Source of the DNA: Eutreptiella sp. 'Long Island Sound 2002'
Taxonomy: Eukaryota > Protista > Euglenida
DNA: 64,000 nt
Direction of reading: 5' to 3'
Assembly (NCBI GenBank): GCA_964036045.1
Contig: OZ038379.1
Location: 49,662,001 to 49,726,000, forward strand
Within the stretch, counting starts at the first letter, position 1; each line of letters opens with the position of its first letter. The notes below the pieces were generated by a model that was given only the letters and a program-made list of their open reading frames with translations, was not told the DNA's origin and ran no database searches. The translations under genes and the position numbers were made by a program. Below are positions 1 through 12,700 of this stretch, one piece after another.

Positions 1-3000
1 CCAACCATACTCCCAACCCTTACCCCACTGCCCGATGCTCCAAGCATGGAGGCAATGTACTAGAGCACGTCCATTGCCCGGTGCTCCCTAGCATGGGGCA
101 ATATAGTGAATGAGATCCACTGTCCACTTGCTCCCCAGTAGTGAGGCAGTGTACAAAAAGAGCTCCACTGCCCACTGCTCGCCGGCATTGAGGCAGTGTA
201 CCAAAGAAGATCCAGTGACTGCTCCCAGCACTGAGGCGGTGTATTAAAGGAGTTCCAATGCTCACTGCGCCACAACAGTGTGGTAGTGTGTTGAAGGAGA
301 TACACTGCCTATGCCCAATGCTCCCCACCATTGAGGCAGTGTATTGAAGGAGATCCATTGCGCGGTGCTCTGCTGCAGTGTGGCACACGGCAGTGTAGTG
401 AAGGAGATTCACTATCCACTGCTCCCGAGCAATGAGGCAATGTATTGAAGGGGTTCCATTGCTCATTGAAGGGGTTCCACCGCTCATTGCTTCCTAGCAA
501 TAAGGCAATGTCTTGAAGCACGTCCACTGCCCACTGCTCCCCATGAGCCAGGTGGTGTCCGAAGGAGACCCACTGCCCACACCTCCTCATGAAAGAGGAG
601 GTCTATGGAAAGATATCCACGGCCTAGTGCTCCACAGCAGTGAGGCATTGTACTATAGGACATCCACGGCCTACTGCTCCCAATCAATGAGGCAATGTCT
701 TGAAGGAGGTCAACTGCCCACTGCTCCCCAACAGTGAGGCAATGTATTTAAGGAGATCCACTACTCACTCCTCCCCGTAGAGAAGCAAAGTATTGAAGGA
801 GTCCCAGTGCACATTGTTTGCCAAAAGTGAGGCAGTGTAGTGAAGGAGATCCACTACCCATTGCTCCCCAACAATGAGGCAGTATACGGAAGGAAACCAC
901 TACCCACAACTCCCCATCAGTATGGCGGTGTATTGAGGGAGTCCCACTGCCCATTGCTACCCAGCACTGGGGCGGTGTATAGGAGGAGACCGACTGCCCA
1001 TTGCTCCCTAGTAGTGAGGTAGTGACGTGACGGAGGTCCATTGCCCATTGCTCGCTACGACTCAGGTAGTGCACTGACGGACATGCAGCGCCCACTCGCC
1101 CCCAATAGTCAAGCAATGTATTGAAGGAGTCCATTTGCCCACTGCTCCCCAACAGTGTGGCAATGCCCTTGGGGCAAACCACTTCCCGCTACTCCTCGGC
1201 ATTTACGCAATGTATTGAACGAGATCCATTGCCTACTACTCACTAGCGGTGTGGTATCTCAGGAGGTCCACCGCCCACTACTCCATAGCAATGTGCCCGT
1301 CCCGTGAAGGAGAATCATTGCCCACTGCGCCCCAGTACTTCGGCGCTACTGTGGAGGAGTGCCACTTACCACTGCTGCCCCACATTGAGGCAATATACGA
1401 GAGGAGGTCCACTGCCCACTCCCTCCCCGCAGAGAAGCAAAGTATTGAAGGAATCCTGCTGCACACCGTTTCCCAAAAGGGAGGTAGTGTAGTGAAGGAG
1501 ATCCATTACCCATTACCCATGACCCATTGCCCGTTGCTCCCCAACAGTGAGGCAGCATACGGAAGGAAACCATTACCCACAGCTCCCCATCAATATGGTG
1601 GTGTATTGAAGGAGTCCCGGTGCCCACAGCACCTCAGCAGTGTGGCACTGTATTGAGGGAGTCCCACTGCCCATCACTACCCAGCAATGGGGCCGTGTAT
1701 AGGAGGACAACGATTGCCCATTGCTCCCTAGCAATGAGGTAGTGACGTGACGGAGGTCCACTGCCCATTGCTCCTAAGTAGGCAGGTAGTGCACTGACGG
1801 ACATGCAGTGCCTGGTCCTCCCCAATGGTCAAGCAATGTATTGAAGGACTCCAATAGCCCACTGCTCCCCAACAGTGAGGCAACGTACTAAAGGAGGTCT
1901 ACTGCCCACTCCTCCCCGTAGAGAAGCAGAGTACTGAAGAGTCCCACTGCACACTGTTTCCCAAAAGTGAGGCAGTGTAGTGAAGGAGATCCACTATGCA
2001 TTGCTCCCCAACAATGAGGCAGTATACAAAAGGCAACCACTACCCACGACTCCCCATCAGTGTGGTAGTGTAGTGAAGGAGTCCCAATGCCCACAGCACC
2101 TCAGCAGTGTGGTAGTGTATTGAGGGAGTCCCACTGCCCATTGCTCCCTGGCAGTGAGGTAGTGACATGACGGAGGTCCATTGCTCATTGCTCCTTAGTA
2201 GTCAAATAGAACACTGACGGACATGCAGTGCCCACTCGCCCCCGACAATCAAGCAATGTATTGAAGGAGTCCAATTGCCCACTGCTCCCCAACAGTGTGG
2301 CAATGCCCTTGGGGCAATCCACTTCCCACTACTACTTGGCACTTACGCAATGTATCCAACGAGATCCATTGCCTACTACTCTCTAGCGGTGTGGTAGTGT
2401 ATCTCAGGAGGTCCACCGCCCACTGCTCCATAGCAATGTGCCCGTCCCGTGAAGGAGAATCATTGCCCACTGCGCCCCAGTACTTCGGCGCTACTGTGGA
2501 GGAGTGCCACTTACCACTGCTCCCCCACATTGAGGCAATATACCAAAAGGAGATCCCTTGCCCACTACTCCCTAGCAGCGAGGCAATGTACCACAAGAGA
2601 TGGGCTCCCCATTTCTTCTGAGGACTGTGGCAATGTATTGAAGGTGTCCCACTGCCCATTGCTCTCGAGTAGTGGGGCAACGTATTGAAGGAGATACGCG
2701 GCCCACGGGTCCTCGACAATGAGGCAATGTACAACAGGAGATGTGCTGCCCACTTCTTCTTAGCACTGTGGCAGTGTGTTGCTGGTTTCCAGTGCCCACC
2801 GCTCCCTAGTAGTGAGGCACTATATTGAAGGAGATGCACTGCCCACAGCTCCCCAAAAGTTAGGCATTATGCTACACGAGATCCATAGCCCAACTCTTCC
2901 AATCACTGCGGCATTGTATTGAATGAAATCCACTGCCCACTGCTCCCCAGTAGGGAGGCGGTGTACTAAAGCAGATCCAATGCCCACTCATCCCTTTGGA

Positions 3001-3420
3001 GAGGCGATGTATTGAAGGAGGCAATGTGTTGAATGAATTCTAATGCACACCGCTCCCTAGCAGTGTGGCAGTGTGTTCAAGGTGATCCACTACCCACTGC
3101 GCCCCACCATTGAGGCAGCGCATTGAAGGAGATCCACTGCTCAGTGCTCCGCAGCACTGTTGCTGTGTACCAAAGGAGATTCATTGCCCACTACTCCCAA
3201 GCAATGGGGCAGTGTAATGAAGGTGTTGCGTTGCTCACTACCCCCCAGTGGTCAGGCAATGTCTTGAAGGAGATCCACTGCCCACTGCTCTTCATGAGCC
3301 AAGTAGTGAACCAAAGGAGACCCTTTGCCCACACCTCCTCATGAAAGAGGCAGTGTATGGAAAGATATCCACAGCCTAGTGCTCCACAGCAGTGAGGCAT
3401 TTTAGTGCTCATCCACGGCC
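1..3420. repeat. Tandem satellite, ~47-bp monomer (consensus about TATTGAAGGAGATCCACTGCCCACTGCTCCCCAACAGTGAGGCAATG), diverged, with higher-order blocks; runs off the left edge
   Basis: The motif gaaggagatccactgcccactgctcccc...gaggcartg recurs every ~47 bp. Distinctive variant monomers recur near 768, 1420 and 1908, and near 1153 and 2293. Confidence 0.95.
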
Positions 3421-3423
3421 TAT

Positions 3424-5415
3424 TCCGTAGTGCCCCAAGTTAAAACAAAATTTTAAATATCTGGCCAAGAATTAACACCGCAACGGAAAGTTTCAACTTT
3501 TTGACGGGGGTAAAGGGTTTTCCCATGCCAATAACGACCCCCAAGGGTTGCCTTACAGGTTTGGGATTCATTTTCACCCGGGGTTCGGTTGGGGGGTCCT
3601 ACCGGTGTGCATGTAAAAAAAATGTTACAATGGCTTTTGGTGTTATTTTTTGATTTTAATTTTTAGATTAATATTGGAGAAACTAAACAGTAATGGGTTG
3701 CTAGCGTTAATATGAACCTGCCAAAATTCAACCCATTGCCGCAAATATTAACCCTCCCTACAGTGGCACAACAAGTCATAGAACACACCATGTGAGCGTG
3801 CATGAGTGTTGTGCATCGCCCATTGGATCCCTATGTGGGCCCTCGCACCTCATGGGACCCCGTAGCGGGGTCCCACATCTTTATGGGTCCGGATGGGAGG
3901 TTAGTTGCGGTTGTGGGTTCGGTGGGTGGGTTCGGGTTTTTGTCGGGGTCAGTCGGGGGTGTCTTGGGCTTCCTCTTGCCCCCTTGCCCCCTTTGGGCAT
4001 CTTGCCGATGCCGCTTGGCCTCCTCGGGGGTGGGGAAGAGGAGGTGCCGGGCCACTTTGTAAAGGGTGGTGCTGCCTAGGTATTCCACCCAAATAGCACC
4101 AACCTTCCGCCCATGGACACCGCGCACGGTGCCCTTCTCCTTGCTTGAGGGATAGGGAACAAGGGCGCTCTTCATCGCCACATATCCTCCCCATCCTTGG
4201 GGCTTTGGGGGGGGGCTTGTGGGCGTTGGTAGGCTTGGGGGCAAGCACGGCCTTCCAGGCCTTTGCGGGGGGGGGGGGGGGTAGGAGGGAGGGGGTTTCC
4301 GTGGTCTTTTTGGCACGGGGGATGGCCCGTCATCCCACTGGTCGGACTCGAAGGCGAAGCACTTTTTTTTCGCCGGGGGTGAGGGGAGGGCTTGGCTTGG
4401 GGTGGGGGTTTTGAAGTGGTGGTGGACGTCCCCCCCTCCTCCTCGTCGTCGCTTACCCCACTGCCCCCATAGCCCCCCACAACTCTTCATCCCCCCCCCG
4501 CCCCCCCCCGCAAAGACCACCTCGTGCATGCGGGCCCACTCAACGGCACGGAAATGACACACCGTGACCCACGAGTTGGAAACCACCCGAGCGGTCTCCC
4601 GCTCACATAGTCTATGAAGAATGGCAAGGCCCAAGGTTAGATCTTGGGCCACAATTCGAGGAAGTGCACCAAGGGGTGTTTCTTGGGCCCCCTCCGCATC
4701 TCTCTAGGCCACACGGACGGGCCTGGTGCGTGTGGCGTTCATCAAAACGTCCGCAACCTAAAAACACACAAAAAAAAACACTGACAAGGTTCATTTTTGC
4801 GGCGACTATATTAATTTTGCGACATTAATATTAACCTTTAACTTTCAATATTTGCACCATCGGCACAAAAATTAATTATTAATCTCTAGGAATAAACGCC
4901 GGCCTCTTAAAAGTCAATCTACATGCACGCACCATACTTTAAAGGCTCCATTGGTGCCTTGCGCCTCCACTGCCCCCATTGCATCTCGGAACATGGATGC
5001 CGCACTGGGGGCCTCAACCGGGTTGCTAGGGCTGGCTACCTCGGGCGCTACGGCCGCCGGTTTGGCTACGTTAGCGGCCTTCGCGGCTGCCTTAACAAGC
5101 AAGGTGTTCGGCCGCACCCCTTTGTCGGAGGACTCACATTCGGGGCGGTACCTTGGCCTAGGCAGGGCCAGAAGTGTAGCCCACGCTAGCACGAACGCGA
5201 CGGCCTTTCCCTGGCGCCACTGCTTGCACCAACTTAGCGGGCACCGGTGCTACAATAGCACCATGTAATGGGCAGTTTGGAAACGGACCGGGCGTGGGTC
5301 TCACAGCAAATTTAGGGCAAGCAAACGGTATCGCAGCTGTAAAAAAAGATGGGGTCATTTTTTACGGTGTTTTTGACCCTCAAAATTCAGTAGTAAACTT
5401 GTACCACCACTTTTT
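3424..5415 (-). mobile_element. Probable transposon relic with a frameshifted low-complexity ORF on the minus strand
   Basis: Abrupt switch from satellite to AT-rich ends. Protein-like minus-strand segments (3831-4652 GAIWVEYLGSTTLYKVARHLLFPTPEEA; 4914-5192 Ala/Lys-rich) are broken at G/C homopolymers. Weak terminal inverted match gtagtgccccaagtt / aacttgtaccaccac. Confidence 0.35.
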
Positions 5416-6794
5416 TTTTTTCATACCAGAGTGACCACGCTCCAGCATCACCCATTCCATTCCCAAACCATGTTGGCATCGGTACACCTGAAAAAACAAT
5501 AAGGCACCATGAGAGCCAGGGTGCAGCAGGCATCCCTTGCCTCTTTTCTCTTCTTCAAAAGTTGCGAGAGGAGGGGAGTTACACTTGTGATTGGGTGGCT
5601 TGGTCACACCCTCCTATGTTGCATATGCGGGGCAGAAACTTCATTTTCACATCTATTTTCCCGGTGCTTTCAGGATTGCACAATCATTGTCTCTAGTTAC
5701 CTGTTGGTATGCCACAAAATTGTGTAGAATGAATGGGCTTTTCTGTAATGCACCTAGTGTATGGATGATAGATGTGCGTGTCGTCCCCAGCTGGGGAACA
5801 ACACAGGTGGTAGGGGACAAGGTGGTACGCACCATTTATCAGATTTTGTAGCATAGATTCAGAGGATACACGATACATCGGCACATTAGTTGTGTTGTTG
5901 TGCAGGAAGGAATCTACCCAGTTGCATAATCACTACACGATACCGCTCTCATGACCGTGCTTCACGCCATTGGCCTGTGCCATGCAAGCTGCAACAACAG
6001 GACTGAAATGGACGTAAGCTGAACACACATTCTGTGGGCTTAGGGATGGTCTTTCTTACCACAACACCCGTACAACATCATCCGCCTCCTCCCCCTACCT
6101 GCCCCTACTTTCCTGTTTCTTTAGTTGTGGGGGGAGTTGCACGAGAGTCTGCGGAGGTGTCCCCCTGGTCCCAAGCGGTACCTGGATTTGTTGTGATTTT
6201 TTCCTCAGCTGTTGTCCAAGTTTTTCTGCCCTTCAGCCTTCATCGATGCTTGGGGAGGATTTCAGAGGGTTGGTGGTTCACATCTTTTGGTCTAAAGGGC
6301 CACTCTGCATGTTAGAATTGCATGTTATATGTTATAGAACTGCTGACAGTACCACCCAGCAACAATGCAAGCAGCAGGCAGAGCGCAACAGGCAGCAGGT
6401 AGCAGGCAAGAAGCAGCAAGCACCAAGATCCTGTTGATCTCCATGACCCTCGGTTGGAAAGTCCTATCCATCTGTCTCCGACCCTCCCACTCTCTCCTGC
6501 TTTCTAATATCCTCGAACCCAAAGCCCCCTGACGATTTACCACCGCCCCCCAACAAGTCCAACTCGTAACAGCCCTGAGCAGTCCTCCACAACCCCTTTC
6601 ACCCTACGCCCCCCTCCCCCAAAGGTTGAAAAGGGGGCGATGATTGGAGAGTGCAGAATGTTGGAGAGGGTCACAGAGGGTTGGAAAGGCACAGGGCCTC
6701 ACCTGCCTTGGGGATAAAATTTTGGTTATGCCTGCCCCTGGCCATACCCATGCTGTGTGTTCCCATGCTATCAATGAAAAAACAATACCCACAG

Positions 6795-6914
6795 TACCAA
6801 AAACTTTGGAGAACTCAAGACGATATGCATGCCAACGTCCCCGAGCACATGCAGGCTTTTGGCAGCACTTCCAAGAAGCTGTTTGTGCCAGGGTCAGAGC
6901 AGCATCCAGTGCAG
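6795..6914 (+). CDS. SHIPPO-repeat gene exon (YQKLW...AFGSTSKKLFVPGSEQHPVQ)
   Basis: Acceptor ccacag, donor cag|gttgtc, phase 0/0, AFGSTS motif. The 5' boundary is less certain. Confidence 0.6.
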
Positions 6915-7605
6915 GTTGTCTGTGTGCAACTGTACCCTGGCCTCAACCTTTGTCTGATTCTGGTCTCAACTCCTGTGTTCCAGCAGATAGCTTGTGCTTG
7001 TCATCAACTGGGGTCTTTTTTTTGGTGCATGCTTGTTTGCCTAGGTACGGAATGGGAATCAAAGAGGTACACTGTGGTTCTGGGCTTCGGCACAGGAGAT
7101 GGTTAATGATGGACAGGGTTTTTTTTTGTGCAGGACACAAGCCAAGGGCCGCTGGGGTAGCCTGGCCGCGGCGTGTCACTGGAAGAAACAGTATGTTGTT
7201 GTTAGGTCACGGGTTTACTCTTTCTGCATTTCAATTTGCCATTTGTAATGTTTACTCCCTACTGTGCCAGAATTTGTACATCCTCATTGCTCGGCACCAC
7301 TGCAGAAGGAGCATAGCAGAGACCAAGCTGGGAATAGTCAGGCAAAGGCCTGGCAGCAGGTGGATGTCTTTGAGGAATGCCGCGTCAGCTGTATTTTGGA
7401 AGGGTGTCCCCTGCAGGCCATTGCTTGGTGATAAAACACCACATCCCCTGGGGTAGGGGTGCTGAGGGCTGGGTGAGTTGGATTAGAGACCCAAAACAAG
7501 TGTGCGTACTTACCTGCTGTCTTGCATTAGCAACCGTGCTCTCTCTCTGTCTCTCTTTCTTTCTCTGTCTCTGTCTCTCTCTGTCTCTCACTTGCATTTG
7601 CACAC

Positions 7606-7636
<31 letters not shown>

Positions 7637-7685
7637 TTTCCTCTCTCTTTCTCTTTCTCTTTGTCTGTCTCTCTTGGTCTTGCCT

Positions 7686-7722
<37 letters not shown>

Positions 7723-9702
7723 TTTTCTCTTTCTCTCTCTCATATTTTCCCAAGTCACATCGCCACTAAGACACACATTGTACATTTTTTTAACGGCTCG
7801 TGGCTCCAGTTTTGTATCATTAGAGGTTGCTAATTTTGCAGGAACTGCTTTGTAAGCGAAAGAGAGGGATCTTTGTTATGCCACAAGGTGATGGAAATGA
7901 GAAACGAGGGCATGTGTGGTCAAACAATTTGAGTCCGGGGAACAGTTTAAGGTGGAATTGACTTGTACACCCCAGGAACAAGAAACCTTTGCAGCCTTTT
8001 CTGTAAATCACCTCGAAGAGAGGTTGTTAGATCAAGCGCAGGCGCGGGCGTCGTATACCCCCCTGTTTTGGGGTCGTTCGCGTAGCATACCCCAAGGTAT
8101 GATATTTGATGTCCAACCCCTTGTAAAATCATTTTTTTGCCCAATAAGAGAATCCCCCAATGGATTTTTTATTCTGAGGCCTCTATCCCCTGAAACTGGA
8201 TATCACATTTTGGGGATGGGGGGGGGGGGCTCAAAAGTTTGTGCTCAAAAGGCTCCAAGCAGTGGGGAGGCATGGTGCTGTCACAACAAACCGCGGTCAA
8301 ATGGTACCGCAGCCGACTGCAGGATTTTAGGTTGGCGGTCCGAACCCTGGTCGGTCGACTGTGGTCGGTGGCGCCGCCACCATGTTCGCCCAACCGGGGT
8401 TCAAACCGCCGACCAAAAAGTCTGCGGACAGCTGCATTACCATTCGGGCACTGCTTGCCCAGTAGACCACTTTCCTCCCCACTGATTGGGCCCGAGTCTG
8501 CCACTGACAAAAAACCCAAACTGTGTGCTTCTGTCTGACTGACTGCAGGCCTGGCTAACTGACTGATTGGCTGACTGTCAGCCTCTCTTCGAGGTGCACT
8601 GGCGAAGGCAATAGACTTCCAATTTTATGCTGAGGCACAATCTTCTGATGTGAGTGGGTCCCAGGGATGGATCTAATTTGGTGCCACTCGGGGGGTCAGG
8701 GTCGGGAGGGTGCAGCAAGATTTCCTATAGTATGCATAAGAACTCAGGAACGTGTTGAATGACAGGTCCAGTGGTTATAGCTTAGCGACGGCTTTTGGCG
8801 CACGGCTGCTTTTCCACTGTTTGCATCAGTCTGTGGCCCTGCCACGGGAATCTTCGTGTCCATTCTTTGTGACAGAAAGGTACCTATGGTCTTTTAGGCC
8901 ACTGACGAGCCTATCTTTTCTGAGCTTTGTGCTGTCTGCCGCTTGTGCACACGTGATTTAGCCCAGAGTTCCTACGGGGGGGTTTGTGACTGGTCACAAA
9001 AAACATAAAGGGCGATCCTGAGCAAGTGCAACCCCGAAAAATATCGTAACCAAAAAGGTTGTCTCCGGTAGTACAAATTTACTGTGACTGTGTCTGCTTG
9101 CACTCAAATTTCTTGTGATTTTTGGTATTTGTACACTGTGTGCACTGTGTGCAATGTGTTGTTGCAGGCCCTTTTGTTCCTCCTTTGCATCTATTAGTAC
9201 CAGTTCATCTAGTGACAGTGGCAACTATAGTGGCACTTGCAGCAACAGTGACAGTGATGGTAGCTGCAGCAAGCAAGACAATTTTGTCACTGTGAGTGAT
9301 GACAGTGAATGACATTGAGACATTGAATGACGTTGACAATGTTGCATCCACAGGGCCCTATGCTTGTCATGTGTGCTGTTGCATCCCCCCCCCCCCCCCC
9401 ATGTTAGATCCAACCCTGGTGGGTCCCAGGAGAGAGGCTTAGAGCCTGTGTCGGCTGTGTTCTTTTTTCTCATGGGTTGGCCGTTTCAGTGTGTTTTGTC
9501 GCCATGTGTGTGTTTGTCTTGTGTATGTTTTGGCCAATGGGCCAAACTTTGCAGGGGATTGCTCAAGGACATTTGGGGTCGTGGCCAAGCCCAGCTGACC
9601 CCCTCACTAACCCGCATCAGAACAATTGTCCTCAAGAAAGAAAACGAAATTTGTTAAAGGGCCCGCATTTGGAAGGTAATTTGGATGAGAGTGAGAGTGA
9701 GT

Positions 9703-9760
<58 letters not shown>

Positions 9761-12700
9761 ACTATTGCAACAACAATAGAGAACGAGACAGGGACAGAAA
9801 AGGGTATCACCTCCAATGCCATAGTATTGCCAGCACACAGTCAGCTTTTGAGTGGAGTCCTCGATGTGATGCATGTCAGCAGCCCTAGGGTCCTCCTTGA
9901 CAGAGGGATAGAAAGAAAATGGTCCGAATTTAATCAATGGACGCAACCCACACTACAACAAGACCTATCACGGAGTTATCCTTAACAAAAAGAGGACAAT
10001 GCTAGCATAAAAGATATCAACCCACGACGAATACTCAACACAAAAAGAGGACAATACTGGCAGAAAAATGCTACTAGTGATAATAAAAAGGCTTTTGATA
10101 ACAAAAAATAGGCAATAGATCTGACAACCTAGAACCCAATCAGTGGTCGCGGCCAGGTGATTCAGAGATCAACTCTCCCACACGGACATGCAAACCCACT
10201 CCCATGTCCTCCCGGAGTGCTATGTGGGCACTTTCTTTTGCCTCCTCCCCCCCTTCCCCAGTGCCACATCAACTGAAGAACAGGCAATGATGCACTACCG
10301 GGGAGGTGTTCAGAGGTGTGTCCGAGGTGTTTTGGAGGTGTTTGGAGGTCGTCGGAGGTGTTCAAAGATGTTGGGAGGTGTGTTGGAGGTGTTTGGAGGT
10401 GTTCAAAGGTGTTCAGAAGATTGCGGAGGTGTTCGGAGGTGTTCAGAGGTGTGTCAGAGGTGTGTTGGAGTGGTGAACAAAGGTCAATCTCATGTCCCAT
10501 GGAGTCTCAGATTAGTGTCAACCAATGACTTGTGGCTGACACTTCCTTGCGATCAACCAGTACCAAAATAATGGATAGTGTTGCCACCAGCCGTTGCTCC
10601 CGTCACTGATTTCGTGCCCCTAGGTAGTCCAGCAGTGACTGACGGATTCCACCGGCAACGCTAGTGATGCTAGCTAAAGTGGGCACCATGGCCGTGGAGG
10701 AAGTAGTGCCCCACTGGCCACATAAGCTACCATAGTGGAAAAAGTGGGGGGCGCAATTGGTAGCTCCCTGACTACCTCAATCTCCATTCCTTAAAGAGGA
10801 GGGGGCTGAAAACGAGCCCTTGATGTGTGTCTTTAAAGAAGCGTGTGCTCAGGTTCTAAAACACCAATGTGTGAAAATGCTAGTCCCAACATGAAGAACA
10901 ATTTGGATGAAAACAGTGCCAGTTTTTGACAGGGATGGGGCGTGTTTTGGCCAACTGGTTGCTGCTCTCGCCAGCATTGGCACATATCCGCGAGGCAGAG
11001 CAGAGTAGACAGCTGGATGATACAGAAAGAAGAGAAAGTGGGGTTCAAGAGGAAGTCTGAGAGTCAAAGTGTTGGGGCCAAGCCCAATGTTATGATGGAT
11101 GCCCAGCAGGGAAATCATGGTGAAGGGAGAAGGGAGACGAAACACAATTTCACAACAGGGGATTCCTCAAAGGCCTCCCAGGAGCCAGAAGTGTGCACCC
11201 AGGGGCATGGTGAACAATTCTGCCTCCTGGGAGCCTTCCCCAGGTGCTTCTGGAGCCTGCTTCTTCCTCCTGTCAGTCCCCAGGGCCTGTGAGTCCCCAG
11301 GGCCCTGGAGGGTTTTGAAGTGGACCAAAGATGCCATCAACCTCTCCCTCGGAGGGGGCTGCCCTCTGGGGGAGCCCCCTCTGATTGATGGGTTCTTGAG
11401 CACCTCTGAGAAGGAGTGACCACTTGGCACATGCACACTTCTGAACATGCACCCCTCAGATTGGGTCTAGGGAGATGAGCTGGCCCTTTTCCCCAGAAGG
11501 AAATCGAAGCCGTCCTTCTGGCATAGATATACCTCCAGATGGACAATATGGATTCAGTTCTGGCAGCAATGTGGTGACCAGTACCCTCAGCCCTACACCT
11601 CTGCTTTGGTTTCTGTGCTCAGGTTCGCAACCCCCATATTCCAGGCCCTGGAACTTATGACTCTAAAGGTATTTTCACGCGTTCCCGAGACAAGTCCAGC
11701 ATCGGGGAGGCCGGTCCTGTGCATGGAGCCTTCAGTAGTACAGCCCAGCGGTTCACTGAAGGCAAAAATACCAGCAAGGCCACCCCTGGCCCTGGGTATT
11801 ATGCCAATGAAAAGAGCACAATGGCCAGCAATGTGCAGGTGTGTTCATTGTGACAATGACCTGGTGGTAAACTTGCCATTGAGGTGACTTGGGTCATGCT
11901 GCAGAAAAGGGGCTCAAGGGGTTATGCACCTGGCCCATTTGTTACCTGCCTGAGGGAGGTGGTGGAATGGTGCCCTCAGCGCAACGGCTGCTGGCCCAGA
12001 ACACCCAGTTGTGGTCGTTCTTCCCTCAGTGGGATAGTCATGTGTACTGTCTTGGGGCAGTGCCGCTTGGCGGTTACGGAGCCAATGGAGCTGCAGCTCC
12101 CAACTCATGGCATGCAGCAATGTGCCGCTGTACCTGAAATGAGTTTGTGCTGTGCATATGCTGCATATGCTGGACATCTACCACACGGGGAAAATTTTAG
12201 AGAGGGACAAAATTGATGTGGACAAATCACCTCAAAGAGAGGTTGTTAGATCAAGTGCAGGTGCATGCGCCGTATAACCCCCTTTTTTGGGGTCGTTCGC
12301 GTAGCATACCCCAAGGCATGATATTTGATGTCCAACCCCTTGTAAAATCATTATTTTGCCCCATAAAACGATCCCCCAATGGATTTTTTGATTCTGAGGC
12401 CTCTATCCCCTGAAACTGGATATCACATTTTGGGGATGGCAGGGTGGGTGGGGGTGGGGGTGGGGTCAAAAGCTTGTGCTCAGAAGGTTTTGAAAGAGGG
12501 TCAGGTTCAACAAAGCCTGTAGTCCAGTGGCGCGGCCGGCGATCAGCCGGCATGGAATCGAACCGCTGACCTGTGCAATGGCGGACGGCTGCATTACTGA
12601 GTGACACTTCTTGACACTCGCGTGACACTTCCCCCCTGCATTGCCATTCGACCACTGCCTATTCCGCTGAACAAAGGGCTCACCACTGCTTGCCGCCGAG

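Noticed and set aside
20-3412. Many 60-196 aa ORFs in the satellite
   Set aside because: They are overlapping ORFs on both strands produced by the stop-poor 47-bp repeat, with no coding signal.
6644-7456. 270-aa ORF as a gene
   Set aside because: No recognisable motifs. The supported coding piece is the 120-nt exon in another frame (6795-6914).
11497-11573. Extra SHIPPO exon EGNRSRPSGIDIPPDGQYGFSSGSNV before a 49-nt intron
   Set aside because: Splice-like signals exist, but exon 6795-6914 already joins 11623 in phase with a better repeat motif. It cannot be excluded without RNA data.
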